Shown: piece after piece, positions 30,001-45,000 of the stretch
Position numbering within the stretch: the stretch's first letter is position 1
Layout of the letters: every line of letters begins with the position of its first letter
Assembly (NCBI GenBank): GCA_964016885.1
Contig: OZ024745.1
Span: 92,070,001-92,134,000 of the forward strand
Length of the DNA stretch: 64,000 nucleotides
Direction: 5' to 3'
Source: Eledone cirrhosa
Lineage: Eukaryota
Made by a program: the position numbers and the translations under genes
Notes under the pieces: model-generated
Databases searched by the model: none
The model's input: the letters and a program-made list of their open reading frames with translations, nothing else
Told to the model about the DNA's origin: nothing

Positions 30001-33000
30001 AAGTTATATTACTCTGCCTGAGTATCAAACAGCTCCACTATATACAGTAAGTTATATTACTCTGCCTGAGTAACAAACAGCTCCACTAGATACAGTAAGT
30101 TATATTACTCTGCCTGAGTATCAAACAGCTCCACTAGATACAGTAAGTTATATTACTCTGTCTGAGTATCAAACAGCTCCACTAGATACAGTAAGTTATA
30201 TTACTCTGTCTGAGTATCAGACAGCTCCACTAGATACGGTAAGTTATATTACTCTGTCTGAGTATCAAACAGCTCCACTAGATACAGTAAGTTATATTAC
30301 TCTGTCTGAGTATCAAACAGCTCCACTAGATACAGTAAGTTATATTACTCTGTCTGAGTATCAAACAGCTCCACTAGATACAGTAAGTTATATTTCTCTG
30401 CCTGAGTATCAAACAGCTCCACTAGATAAAGTAAGTTATATTACTCTGCCTGAGTATCAAACAGCTCCACTAGATACAGTAAGTTATATTACTCTGCCTG
30501 AGTATCAAACAGCTCCACTATATACAGTAAGTTATATTACTCTGCCTGAGTATCAAATAGCTCCACTAGATACAGTAAATTATATTACTCTGTCTGAGTA
30601 TCAGACAGCTCCACTAGATACAGTAAGTTATATTACTCTGTCTGAGTATCAAACAGCTCCACTAGATACAGTAAGTTATATTACTCTGCCTGAGTATCAA
30701 ACAGCTCCACTAGATACAGTAAGTTATATTACTCTGTCTGAGTATCAAACAGCTCCACTAGATACAGTGTTATATTACTCTGTCTGAGTATCAAACAGCT
30801 CCACTAGATACAGTAAGTTATATTACTCTGTCTGCGTATCAAACAGCTCCACTAGATACAGTAAGTTATATTACTCTGTCTGAGTATCAAACAGCTCCAC
30901 TAGATACAGTAAGTTATATTACTCTGCCTGAGTATCAAACAGCTCCACTAGATACTGTAAGTTATATTACTCTGTCTGCATATCAAACAGCTCCACTATA
31001 TACAGTAAGTTATATTACTCTGTCTGAGTATCAAACAGCTCCACTAGATACTGTAAGTTATATTACTCTGTCTGCATATCAAACAGCTCCACTATATACA
31101 GTAAGTTATATTCCTCTGCCTGAGTATCAAACAGCTCCACTAGATACAGTAAGTTATATTACTCTGTCTGAGTATCAAACAGCTCCACTAGATAAACTAA
31201 GTTATATTACTCTGCCTGAGTATCAAACAGCTCCACTAGATACAGTAAGTTATATTACTCTGTCTGAGTATCAAACAGCTCCACTAGATACAGTAAGTTA
31301 TATTACTCTGCCTGAGTATCAAACAGCTCCACTTGATACAGTAAGTTATATTACTCTGTCTGATTATCAAACAGTTCCACTAGATACAGTAAGTTATATT
31401 ACTCTGTCTGAGTATCAAACAGCTCCACTAGATACAGTAAGTTATATTACTCTGCCTGAGTATCAAACAGCTCCACTAGATACAGTAAGTTATATTACTC
31501 TGTCTGAGTATCAAACACCTCCACTAAATACAGTAAGTTATATTACTCTGTCTGCGTATCAAACAGCTCCACTAGATACAGTAAGTTATATTACTCTGTC
31601 TGAGTATCAAACAGCTCCACTAGATAAAGTAAGTTATATTACTCTGCCTGAGTATCAAACAGCTCCACTAGATACTGTAAGTTATATTACTCTGTCTGCG
31701 TATCAAACAGCTCCACTAGATACAGTAAGTTATATTACTCTGTCTGAGTATCAAACCGCTCCACTAGATACAGTAAGTTATATTACTGTGCCTGAGTATC
31801 AAACAGCTCCACTAGATAAAGTAAGTTATATTACTCTGTCTAAGTATCAAACAGCTCCCCTAGATACAGTAAGTTATATTCCTCTGCCTGAGTATCAAAC
31901 AGCTCCCCTAGATACAGTAAATTATATTACTCTGTCTGAGTATCAAACAGCTCCACTAGATACAGTAAGTTATATTACTCTGTCTGAGTATCAGACAGCT
32001 CCACTAGATACAGTAAGTTATATTACTCTGTCTGAGTATCAAACAGCTCCACTAGATACAGTAAGTTATATTACTCTGCCAGAGTATCAAACAGCTCCAC
32101 TAGATACAGTAAGTTATATTACTCTGTCTGAGTATCAAACAGCTCCACTAGATACAGTGTTATATTACTCTGTCTGAGTATCAAACAGCTCCACTAGATA
32201 CAGTAAGTTATATTACTCTGTCTGCGTATCAAACAGCTCCACTAGATACAGTAAGTTATATTACTCTGTCTGAGTATCAAACAGCTCCACTAGATACAGT
32301 AAGTTATATTACTCTGCCTGAGTATCAAACAGCTCCACTAGATAAAATAAGTTATATTACTCTCCCTGAGTATCAAACAGCTCCACTAGATACAGTAAGT
32401 TATATTACTCTGTCTGAGTATCAAACAGCTCCACTAGATACAGTAAGTTATATTACTCTGTCTGAGTATCAAACAGCTCCACTAGATACAGTAAGTTATA
32501 TTACTCTGCCTGAGTATCAAACAGCTCCACTAGATACAGTAAGTTATATTACTCTGTCTGAGTATCAAATAGCTCCAGTAGATACAGTAAGTTATATTAC
32601 TCTGCCTGAGTATCAAACAGCTCCACTAGATACAGTAAGTTATATTACTCTGCCTGAGTATCAAACAGCTCCACTAGATACAGTAAGTTATATTACTCTG
32701 TCTGAGTATCAAACAGCTCCACTAGATACAGTAAGTTATATTACTCTGTCTAAGTATCAGACAGCTCCCCTAGATACAGTAAGTTATATTCCTCTGCCTG
32801 AGTATCAAACAGCTCCCCTAGATACAGTAAATTATATTACTCTGTCTGAGTATCAAACAGCTCCACTAGATACAGTAAGTTAAATTACTCTGCCTGAGTA
32901 TCAAACAGCTCCACTAGATACAGTAAGTTATATTACTCTGCCTGAGTATCAAATAGCTCCACTAGATATAGTAAATTATATTACTCTGTCTGAGTATCAG

Positions 33001-36000
33001 ACAGCTCCACTAGATACAGTAAGTTATATTACTCTGTCTAAGTATCAAACAGCTCCCCTAGATACAGTAAGTTATATTCCTCTGCCTGAGTATCAAACAG
33101 CTCCCCTAGATACAGTAAATTATATTACTCTGTCTGAGTATCAAACAGCTCCACTAGATACAGTAAGTTATATTACTCTGTCTGAGTATCAGACAGCTCC
33201 ACTAGATACAGTAAGTTATATTACTCTGTCTGAGTATCAAACAGCTCCACTAGATACAGTAAGTTATATTACTCTGCCTGAGTATCAAACAGCTCCACTA
33301 GATACAGTAAGTTATATTACTCTGTCTGAGTATCAAACAGCTCCACTAGATACAGTGTTATATTACTCTGTCTGAGTATCAAACAGCTCCACTAGATACA
33401 GTAAGTTATATTACTCTGTCTGCGTATCAAACAGCTCCACTAGATACAGTAAGTTATATTACTCTGCCTGAGTATCAAACAGCTCCCCTAGATACAGTTA
33501 GTTATATTACTCTGCCTGAGTATCAAGCAGCTCCAATACATACAGTAAGTTATATTACTCTGCCTGAGTATCAAACAGCTCCACTACATACAGTAAGTTA
33601 TATTACTCTGCCTGAGTATCAAACGGCTCCACTAGATACAGTAAGTTATATTACTCTGCCTGAGTATCAAACAGCTCCACTAGATACAGTAAGTTATATT
33701 ACTCTGCCTGAGTATCAAACAGCTCCACTAGATAAAGTAAGTTATATTACTCCGTCTGAGTATCAAACAGCTCCACTAGATACAGTAAGTTATATTACTC
33801 TGCCTGAGTATCAAACAGCTCCACTATATACAGTAAGTTATATTACTCTGCCTGAGTAACAAACAGCTCCACTAGATACAGTAAGTTATATTACTCTGCC
33901 TGAGTATCAAACAGCTCCACTAGATACAGTAAGTTATATTACTCTGTCTGAGTATCAAACAGCTCCACTAGATACAGTAAGTTATATTACTCTGTCTGAG
34001 TATCAGACAGCTTCACTAGATACGGTAAGTTATATTACTCTGTCTGAGTATCAAACAGCTCCACTAGATACAGTAAGTTATATTACTCTGTCTGAGTATC
34101 AAACAGCTCCACTAGATACAGTAAGTTATATTACTCTGTCTGAGTATCAAACAGCTCCACTAGATACAGTAAGTTATATTTCTCTGCCTGAGTATCAAAC
34201 AGCTCCACTAGATAAAGTAAGTTATATTACTCTGCCTGAGTATCAAACAGCTCCACTAGATACAGTAAGTTATATTACTCTGCCTGAGTATCAAACAGCT
34301 CCACTATATACAGTAAGTTATATTACTCTGCCTGAGTATCAAATAGCTCCACTAGATACAGTAAATTATATTACTCTGTCTGAGTATCAGACAGCTCCAC
34401 TAGATACAGTAAGTTATATTACTCTGTCTGAGTATCAAACAGCTCCACTAGATACAGTAAGTTATATTACTCTGCCTGAGTATCAAACAGCTCCACTAGA
34501 TACAGTAAGTTATATTACTCTGTCTGAGTATCAAACAGCTCCACTAGATACAGTGTTATATTACTCTGTCTGAGTATCAAACAGCTCCACTAGATACAGT
34601 AAGTTATATTACTCTGTCTGCGTATCAAACAGCTCCACTAGATACAGTAAGTTATATTACTCTGTCTGAGTATCAAACAGCTCCACTAGATACAGTAAGT
34701 TATATTACTCTGCCTGAGTATCAAACAGCTCCACTAGATAAAATAAGTTATATTACTCTGCCTGAGTATCAAACAGCTCCACTAGATACAGTAACTTATA
34801 TTACTCTGTCTGAGTATCAAACAGCTCCACTAGATACAGTAAGTTATATTACTCTGTCTGAGTATCAAACAGCTCCACTAGATACAGTAAGTTATATTAC
34901 TCTGCCTGAGTATCAAACAGCTCCACTAGATACAGTAAGTTATATTACTCTGTCTGAGTATCAAATAGCTCCAGTAGATACAGTAAGTTATATTACTCTG
35001 CCTGAGTATCAAACAGCTCCACTAGATACAGTAAGTTATATTACTCTGCCTGAGTATCAAACAGCTCCACTAGATACAGTAAGTTATATTACTCTGTCTG
35101 AGTATCAAACAGCTCCACTAGATACAGTAAGTTATATTACTCTGTCTAAGTATCAGACAGCTCCCCTAGATACAGTAAGTTATATTCCTCTGCCTGAGTA
35201 TCAAACAGCTCCCCTAGATACAGTAAATTATATTACTCTGTCTGAGTATCAAACAGCTCCACTAGATACAGTAAGTTATATTACTCTGCCTGAGTATCAA
35301 ACAGCTCCACTAGATACAGTAAGTTATATTACTCTGCCTGAGTATCAAACAGCTCCACTACATACAGTAAGATATATTACTCTGCCTGAGTATCAAACAG
35401 CTCCACTAGATACAGTAAGTTATATTACTCTGTCTAAGTATCAAACAGCTCCACTAGATACAGTAAGTTATATTACTCTGCCTGAGTATCAAACAGCTCC
35501 ACTAGATACAGTAAGTTATATTACTCTGTCTGAGTATCAAACAGTTCCACTAGATACAGTAAGTTATATTACTCTGCCTGAGTATCAAACAGCTCCACTA
35601 GATACAGTAAGTTATATTACTCTGCCTGAGTATCAAACAGCTCCACTAGATACAGTAAGTTATATTACTCTGTCTGAGTATCAAACAGCTCTACTAGATA
35701 CAGTAAGTTATATTACTCTGCCTGAGTATCAAACAGCTCCACTACATACAGTAAGTTATATTACTCTGCCTGAGTATCAAACAGCTCCACTAGATACAGT
35801 AAGTTATATTACTCTGCCTGAGTATCAAACAGCTCCACTAGATACAGTAAGTTATATTACTCTGCCTGAGTATCAAACAGCTCCACTAGATACAGTAAGT
35901 TATATTACTCTGTCTGAGTATCAAACAGCTCCACTAGATACAGTAAGTTATATTACTCTGCCTGAGTATCAAACAGCTCCACTAGATACAGTAAGTTATA

Positions 36001-39000
36001 TTACTCTGTCTGAGTATCAAACAGCTCCACTAGATACAGTAAGTTATATTACTCTGTCTGAGTATCAAACAGCTCCACTAGATACAGTAAGTTATATTAC
36101 TCTGTCTGAGTATCAAACAGCTCCACTAGATACAGTAAGTTATATTACTCTGCCTGAGTATCAAACAGCTCCACTAGATAAAGTAAGTTATATTACTCCG
36201 TCTGAGTATCAAACAGCTCCACTAGATACAGTAAGTTATATTACTCTGCCTGAGTATCAAACAGCTCCACTAGATACAGTAAGTTATATTACTCTGCCTG
36301 AGTATCAAATAGCTCCACTAGATACAGTAAATTATATTACTCTGTCTGAGTATCAGACAGCTCCACTAGATACAGTAAGTTATATTACTCTGTCTGAGTA
36401 TCAGACAGCTCCACTAGATACAGTAAGTTATATTACTCTGTCTGAGTATCAAACAGCTCCACTAGATACAGTAAGTTATATTACTCTGCCTGAGTATCAA
36501 ATAGCTCCACTAGATACAGTAAGTTATATTACTCTGTCTGCGTATCAAACAGCTCCACTAGATACAGTAAGTTATATTACTCTGTCTGAGTATCAAACAG
36601 CTCCACTAGATACAGTAAGTTATATTACTCTGTCTGAGTATCAAACAGCTCCACTAGATACAGTAAGTTATATTACTCTGCCTGAGTATCAAACAGCTCC
36701 ACTAGATACAGTAAGTTATATTACTCTGTCTGAGTATCAAACAGCTCCACTAGATACAGTAAGTTATATTACTCTGCCTGAGTATCAAACAGCTCCACTA
36801 GATACAGTAAGTTATATTACTCTGCCTGAGTATCAAACAGCTCCACTAGATACAGTAAGTTATATTACTCTGCCTGAGTATCAAATAGCTCCACTAGATA
36901 CAGTAAGTTATATTACTCTGTCTGAGTATCAAATAGCTCCACTAGATACAGTAAGTTATATTACTCTGACTGAGTATCAAACAGCTCCACTAGATACAGT
37001 AAGTTATATTACTCTGCCTGAGTATCAAACAGCTCCACTAGATACAGTAAGTTATATTACTCTGCCTGAGTATCAAATAGCTCCACTAGATACAGTAAAT
37101 TATATTACTCTGTTTGAGTATCAGACAGCTCCACTAGATACAGTAAGTTATATTACTCTGTCTGAGTATCAGACAGCTCCACTAGATACAGTAAGTTATA
37201 TTACTCTGCCTGAGTATCAAACAGCTCCACTAGATACAGTAAGTTATATTACTCTGCCTGAGTATCAAACAGCTCCACTAGATACAGTGTTATATTACTC
37301 TGTCTGAGTATCAAACAGCTCCACTAGATACAGTGTTATATTACTCTGTCTGAGTATCAAACAGCTCCACTAGATACAGTAAGTTATATTACTCTGTCTG
37401 CGTATCAAACAGCTCCACTAGATACAGTAAGTTATATTACTCTGTCTGAGTATCAAACAGCTCCACTAGATACAGTAAGTTATATTACTCTGCCTGAGTA
37501 TCAAACAGCTCCACTAGATAAAATAAGTTATATTACTCTGCCTGAGTATCAAACAGCTCCACTAGATACAGTAACTTATATTACTCTGTCTGAGTATCAA
37601 ACAGCTCCACTAGATACAGTAAGTTATATTACTCTGTCTGAGTATCAAACAGCTCCACTAGATACAGTAAGTTATATTACTCTGCCTGAGTATCAAACAG
37701 CTCCACTAGATACAGTAAGATATATTACTCTGTCTGAGTATCAAATAGCTCCAGTAGATACAGTAAGTTATATTACTCTGCCTGAGTATCAAACAGCTCC
37801 ACTAGATACAGTAAGTTATATTACTCTGCCTGAGTATTAAACAGCTCCACTAGATACAGTAAGTTATATTACTCTGTCTGAGTATCAAACAGCTCCACGA
37901 GATACAGTAAGTTATATTACTCTGTCTAAGTATCAGACAGCTCCCCTAGATACAGTAAGTTATATTCCTCTGCCTGAGTATCAAACAGCTCCCCTAGATA
38001 CAGTAAATTATATTACTCTGTCTGAGTATCAAACAGCTCCACTAGATACAGTAAGTTATATTACTCTGCCTGAGTATCAAACAGCTCCACTAGATACAGT
38101 AAGTTATATTACTCTGTCTGAGTATCAAACAGCTCCACTAGATACAGTGTTATATTACTCTGTCTGAGTATCAAACAGCTCCACTAGATACAGTGTTATA
38201 TTACTCTGTCTGAGTATCAAACAGCTCCACTAGATACAGTAAGTTATATTACTCTGTCTGCGTATCAAACAGCTCCACTAGATACAGTAAGTTATATTAC
38301 TCTGTCTGAGTATCAAACAGCTCCACTAGATACAGTAAGTTATATTACTCTGCCTGAGTATCAAACAGCTCCACTAGATAAAATAAGTTATATTACTCTG
38401 CCTGAGTATCAAACAGCTCCACTAGATACAGTAACTTATATTACTCTGTCTGAGTATCAAACAGCTCCACTAGATACAGTAAGTTATATTACTCTGTCTA
38501 AGTATCAGACAGCTCCCCTAGATACAGTAAGTTATATTCCTCTGCCTGAGTATCAAACAGCTCCCCTAGATACAGTAAATTATATTACTCTGTCTGAGTA
38601 TCAAACAGCTCCACTAGATACAGTAAGTTATATTACTCTGCCTGAGTATCAAACAGCTCCACTAGATACAGTAAGTTATATTACTCTGTCTGCGTATCAA
38701 ACAGCTCCACTAGATACAGTGTTATATTACTCTGTCTGAGTATCAAACAGCTCCACTAGATACAGTAAGTTATATTACTCTGCCTGAGTATCAAACAGCT
38801 CCACTAGATAAAATAAGTTACATTACTCTGCCTGAGTATCAAACAGCTCCACTAGATACAGTAAGTTATATTACTCTGTCTGAGTATCAAACAGCTCCAC
38901 TAGATACAGTAAGTTATATTACTCTGTCTAAGTATCAGACAGCTCCCCTAGATACAGTAAGTTATATTCCTCTGCCTGAGTATCAAACAGCTCCACTAGA

Positions 39001-42000
39001 TACAGTAAGTTATATTACTCTGTCTGAGTATCAAACAGCTCCACTAGATACAGTGTTATATTACTCTGTCTGAGTATCAAACAGCTCCACTAGATACAGT
39101 GTTATATTACTCTGTCTGAGTATCAAACAGCTCCACTAGATACAGTAAGTTATATTACTCTGTCTGCGTATCAAACAGCTCCACTAGATACAGTAAGTTA
39201 TATTACTCTGTCTGAGTATCAAACAGCTCCACTAGATACAGTAAGTTATATTACTCTGCCTGAGTATCAAACAGCTCCACTAGATAAAATAAGTTATATT
39301 ACTCTGCCTGAGTATCAAACAGCTCCACTAGATACAGTAACTTATATTACTCTGTCTGAGTATCAAACAGCTCCACTAGATACAGTAAGTTATATTACTC
39401 CGTCTGAGTATCAAACAGCTCCACTAGATACAGTAAGTTATATTACTCTGCCTGAGTATCAAACAGCTCCACTAGATACAGTAAGTTATATTACTCTGCC
39501 TGAGTATCAAATAGCTCCACTAGATACAGTAAATTATATTACTCTGTCTGAGTATCAGACAGCTCCACTAGATACAGTAAGTTATATTACTCTGTCTGAG
39601 TATCAGACAGCTCCACTAGATACAGTAAGTTATATTACTCTGTCTGAGTATCAAACAGCTCCACTAGATACAGTAAGTTATATTACTCTGCCTGAGTATC
39701 AAACAGCTCCACTAGATACAGTAAGTTATATTACTCTGTCTGAGTATCAAACAGCTCCACTAGATACAGTAAGTTATATTACTCTGTCTGAGTATCAAAC
39801 AGCTCCCCTAGATACAGTAAATTATATTACTCTGTCTGAGTATCAAACAGCTCCACTAGATACAGTGTTATATTACTCTGTCTGAGTATCAAACAGCTCC
39901 ACTAGATACAGTAAGTTATATTACTCTGTCTGCGTATCAAACAGCTCCACTAGATACAGTAAGTTATATTACTCTGTCTGAGTATCAAACAGCTCCACTA
40001 GATACAGTAAGTTATATTACTCTGCCTGAGTATCAAACAGCTCCACTAGATAAAATAAGTTATATTACTCTGCCTGAGTATCAAACAGCTCCACTAGATA
40101 CAGTAACTTATATTACTCTGTCTGAGTATCAAACAGCTCCACTAGATACAGTAAGTTATATTACTCCGTCTGAGTATCAAACAGCTCCACTAGATACAGT
40201 AAGTTATATTACTCTGCCTGAGTATCAAACAGCTCCACTATATACAGTAAGTTATATTACTCTGCCTGAGTATCAAATAGCTCCACTAGATACAGTAAGT
40301 TATATTACTCTGCCTGAGTATCAAACAGCTCCACTAGATACAGTAAGTTATATTACTCTGTCTGCGTATCAAACAGCTCCACTAGATACAGTAAGTTATA
40401 TTACTCTGCCTGAGTATCAAACAGCTCCACTAGATACAGTAAGTTATATTACTCTGCCTGAGTATCAAACAGCTCCACTAGATACAGTAAGTTATATTAC
40501 TCTGCCTGAGTATCAAATAGCTCCACTAGATACAGTAAATTATATTACTCTGTCTGAGTATCAGACAGCTCCACTAGATACAGTAAGTTATATTACTCTG
40601 TCTGAGTATCAGACAGCTCCACTAGATACAGTAAGTTATATTACTCTGTCTGAGTATCAAACGGCTCCACTAGATACAGTAAGTTATATTACTCTGCCTG
40701 AGTATCAAACAGCTCCACTAGATACAGTAAGTTATATTACTCTGTCTGAGTATCAAACAGCTCCACTAGATACAGTAAGTTATATTACTCTGCCTGAGTA
40801 TCAAACAGCTCCACTAGATACAGTAAGTTATATTACTCTGCCTGAGTATCAAACAGCTCCCCTAGATACAGTAAGTTATATTACTCTGTCTATGTATCAA
40901 ACAGCTCCCCTAGATACAGTAAGTTATATTACTCTGTCTGAGTAACAAACAGCTCCACTAGATACAGTAAGTTATATTACTCTGCCTGAGTATCAAACAG
41001 CTCCACTAGATACAGTAAGTTATATTACTCTGCCTGAGTATCAAACAGCTCCACTAGATACAGTAAGTTATATTACTCTGCCTGAGTATCAAATAGCTCC
41101 ACTAGATACAGTAAATTATATTACTCTGTCTGAGTATCAGACAGCTCCACTAGATACAGTAAGTTATATTACTCTGTCTGAGTATCAGACAGCTCCACTA
41201 GATACAGTAAGTTATATTACTCTGTCTGAGTATCAAACAGCTCCACTAGATGCAGTAAGTTATATTACTCTGCCTGAGTATCAAACAGCTCCACTAGATA
41301 CAGTAAGTTATATTACTCTGTCTGAGTATCAAACAGCTCCACTAGATACAGTAAGTTATATTACTCTGCCTGAGTATCAAACAGCTCCACTAGATACAGT
41401 AAGTTATATTACTCTGCCTGAGTATCAAACAGCTCCACTAGATACAGTAAGTTATATTACTCTGCCTGAGTATCAAATAGCTCCACTAGATACAGTATGT
41501 TATATTACTCTGTCTGAGTATCAAATAGCTCCACTAGATACAGTAAGTTATATTACTCTGACTGAGTATCAAACAGCTCCACTAGATACAGTAAGTTATA
41601 TTACTCTGCCTGAGTATCAAACAGCTCCACTAGATACAGTAAGTTATATTACTCTGCCTGAGTATCAAATAGCTCCACTAGATACAGTAAATTATATTAC
41701 TCTGTCTGAGTATCAGACAGCTCCACTAGATACAGTAAGTTATATTACTCTGTCTGAGTATCGGACAGCTCCACTAGATACAGTAAGTTATATTACTCTG
41801 TCTGAGTATCAAACAGCTCCACTAGATACAGTGTTATATTACTCTGTCTGAGTATCAAACAGCTCCACTAGATACAGTAAGTTATATTACTCTGTCTGAG
41901 TATCAAATAGCTCCAGTAGATACAGTAAGTTATATTACTCTGCCTGAGTATCAAACAGCTCCACTAGATACAGTAAGTTATATTACTCTGTCTGAGTATC

Positions 42001-45000
42001 AAACAGCTCCACTAGATACAGTGTTATATTACTCTGTCTGAGTATCAAACAGCTCCACTAGATACAGTGTTATATTACTCTGTCTGAGTATCAAACAGCT
42101 CCACTAGATACAGTAAGTTATATTACTCTGTCTGCGTATCAAACAGCTCCACTAGATACAGTAAGTTATATTACTCTGTCTGAGTATCAAACAGCTCCAC
42201 TAGATACAGTAAGTTATATTACTCTGCCTGAGTATCAAACAGCTCCACTAGATAAAATAAGTTATATTACTCTGCCTGAGTATCAAACAGCTCCACTAGA
42301 TACAGTAACTTATATTACTCTGTCTGAGTATCAAACAGCTCCACTAGATACAGTAAGTTATATTACTCCGTCTGAGTATCAAACAGCTCCACTAGATACA
42401 GTAAGTTATATTACTCTGCCTGAGTATCAAACAGCTCCACTAGATACAGTAAGTTATATTACTCTGCCTGAGTATCAAATAGCTCCACTAGATACAGTAA
42501 ATTATATTACTCTGTCTGAGTATCAGACAGCTCCACTAGATACAGTAAGTTATATTACTCTGTCTGAGTATCAGACAGCTCCACTAGATACAGTAAGTTA
42601 TATTACTCTGTCTGAGTATCAAACAGCTCCACTAGATACAGTAAGTTATATTACTCTGCCTGAGTATCAAATAGCTCCACTAGATACAGTAAATTATATT
42701 ACTCTGTCTGAGTATCAGACAGCTCCACTAGATACAGTAAGTTATATTACTCTGTCTGAGTATCAGACAGCTCCACTAGATACAGTAAGTTATATTACTC
42801 TGTCTGAGTATCAAACAGCTCCACTAGATACAGTAAGTTATATTACTCTGCCTGAGTATCAAACAGCTCCACTAGATACAGTAAGTTATATTACTCTGCC
42901 TGAGTATCAAATAGCTCCACTAGATACAGTAAGTTATATTACTCTGTCTGAGTATCAAATAGCTCCACTAGATACAGTAAGTTATATTACTCTGACTGAG
43001 TATCAAACAGCTCCACTAGATACAGTAAGTTATATTACTCTGCCTGAGTATCAAACAGCTCCACTAGATACAGTAAGTTATATTACTCTGCCTGAGTATC
43101 AAATAGCTCCACTAGATACAGTAAATTATATTACTCTGTTTGAGTATCAGACAGCTCCACTAGATACAGTAAGTTATATTACTCTGTCTGAGTATCAAAC
43201 AGCTCCACTAGATACAGTAAGTTATATTACTCTGCCTGAGTATCAAACAGCTCCACTAGATACAGTAAGTTATATTACTCTGTCTGAGTATCAAACAGCT
43301 CCACTAGATACAGTGTTATATTACTCTGTCTGAGTATCAAACAGCTCCACTAGATACAGTAAGTTATATTACTCTGTCTGCGTATCAAACAGCTCCACTA
43401 GATACAGTAAGTTATATTACTCTGTCTGAGTATCAAACAGCTCCACTAGATACAGTAAGTTATATTACTCTGCCTGAGTATCAAACAGCTCCACTAGATA
43501 AAATAAGTTATATTACTCTGCCTGAGTATCAAACAGCTCCACTAGATACAGTAACTTATATTACTCTGTCTGAGTATCAAACAGCTCCACTAGATACAGT
43601 AAGTTATATTACTCTGTCTGAGTATCAAACAGCTCCACTAGATACAGTAAGTTATATTACTCTGCCTGAGTATCAAACAGCTCCACTAGATACAGTAAGA
43701 TATATTACTCTGTCTGAGTATCAAATAGCTCCAGTAGATACAGTAAGTTATATTACTCTGCCTGAGTATCAAACAGCTCCACTAGATACAGTAAGTTATA
43801 TTACTCTGCCTGAGTATCAAACAGCTCCACTAGATACAGTAAGTTATATTACTCTGTCTGAGTATCAAACAGCTCCACGAGATACAGTAAGTTATATTAC
43901 TCTGTCTAAGTATCAGACAGCTCCCCTAGATACAGTAAGTTATATTCCTCTGCCTGAGTATCAAACAGCTCCCCTAGATACAGTAAATTATATTACTCTG
44001 TCTGAGTATCAAACAGCTCCACTAGATACAGTAAGTTATATTACTCTGCCTGAGTATCAAACAGCTCCACTAGATACAGTAAGTTATATTACTCTGCCTG
44101 AGTATCAAACAGCTCCACTAGATAAAATAAGTTATATTACTCTGCCTGAGTATCAAACAGCTCCACTAGATACAGTAACTTATATTACTCTGTCTGAGTA
44201 TCAAACAGCTCCACTAGATACAGTAAGTTATATTACTCTGTCTAAGTATCAGACAGCTCCCCTAGATACAGTAAGTTATATTCCTCTGCCTGAGTATCAA
44301 ACAGCTCCCCTAGATACAGTAAATTATATTACTCTGTCTGAGTATCAAACAGCTCCACTAGATACATTAAGTTATATTACTCTGCCTGAGTATCAAACAG
44401 CTCCACTAGATACAGTAAGTTATATTACTCTGTCTGCGTATCAAACAGCTCCACTAGATACAGTGTTATATTACTCTGTCTGAGTATCAAACAGCTCCAC
44501 TAGATACAGTAAGTTATATTACTCTGCCTGAGTATCAAACAGCTCCACTAGATAAAATAAGTTATATTACTCTGCCTGAGTATCAAACAGCTCCACTAGA
44601 TACAGTAAGTTATATTACTCTGTCTGAGTATCAAACAGCTCCACTAGATACAGTAAGTTATATTACTCTGTCTAAGTATCAGACAGCTCCCCTAGATACA
44701 GTAAGTTATATTCCTCTGCCTGAGTATCAAACAGCTCCACTAGATACAGTAAGTTATATTACTCTGTCTGAGTATCAAACAGCTCCACTAGATACAGTGT
44801 TATATTACTCTGTCTGAGTATCAAACAGCTCCACTAGATACAGTGTTATATTACTCTGTCTGAGTATCAAACAGCTCCACTAGATACAGTAAGTTATATT
44901 ACTCTGTCTGCGTATCAAACAGCTCCACTAGATACAGTAAGTTATATTACTCTGTCTGAGTATCAAACAGCTCCACTAGATACAGTAAGTTATATTACTC

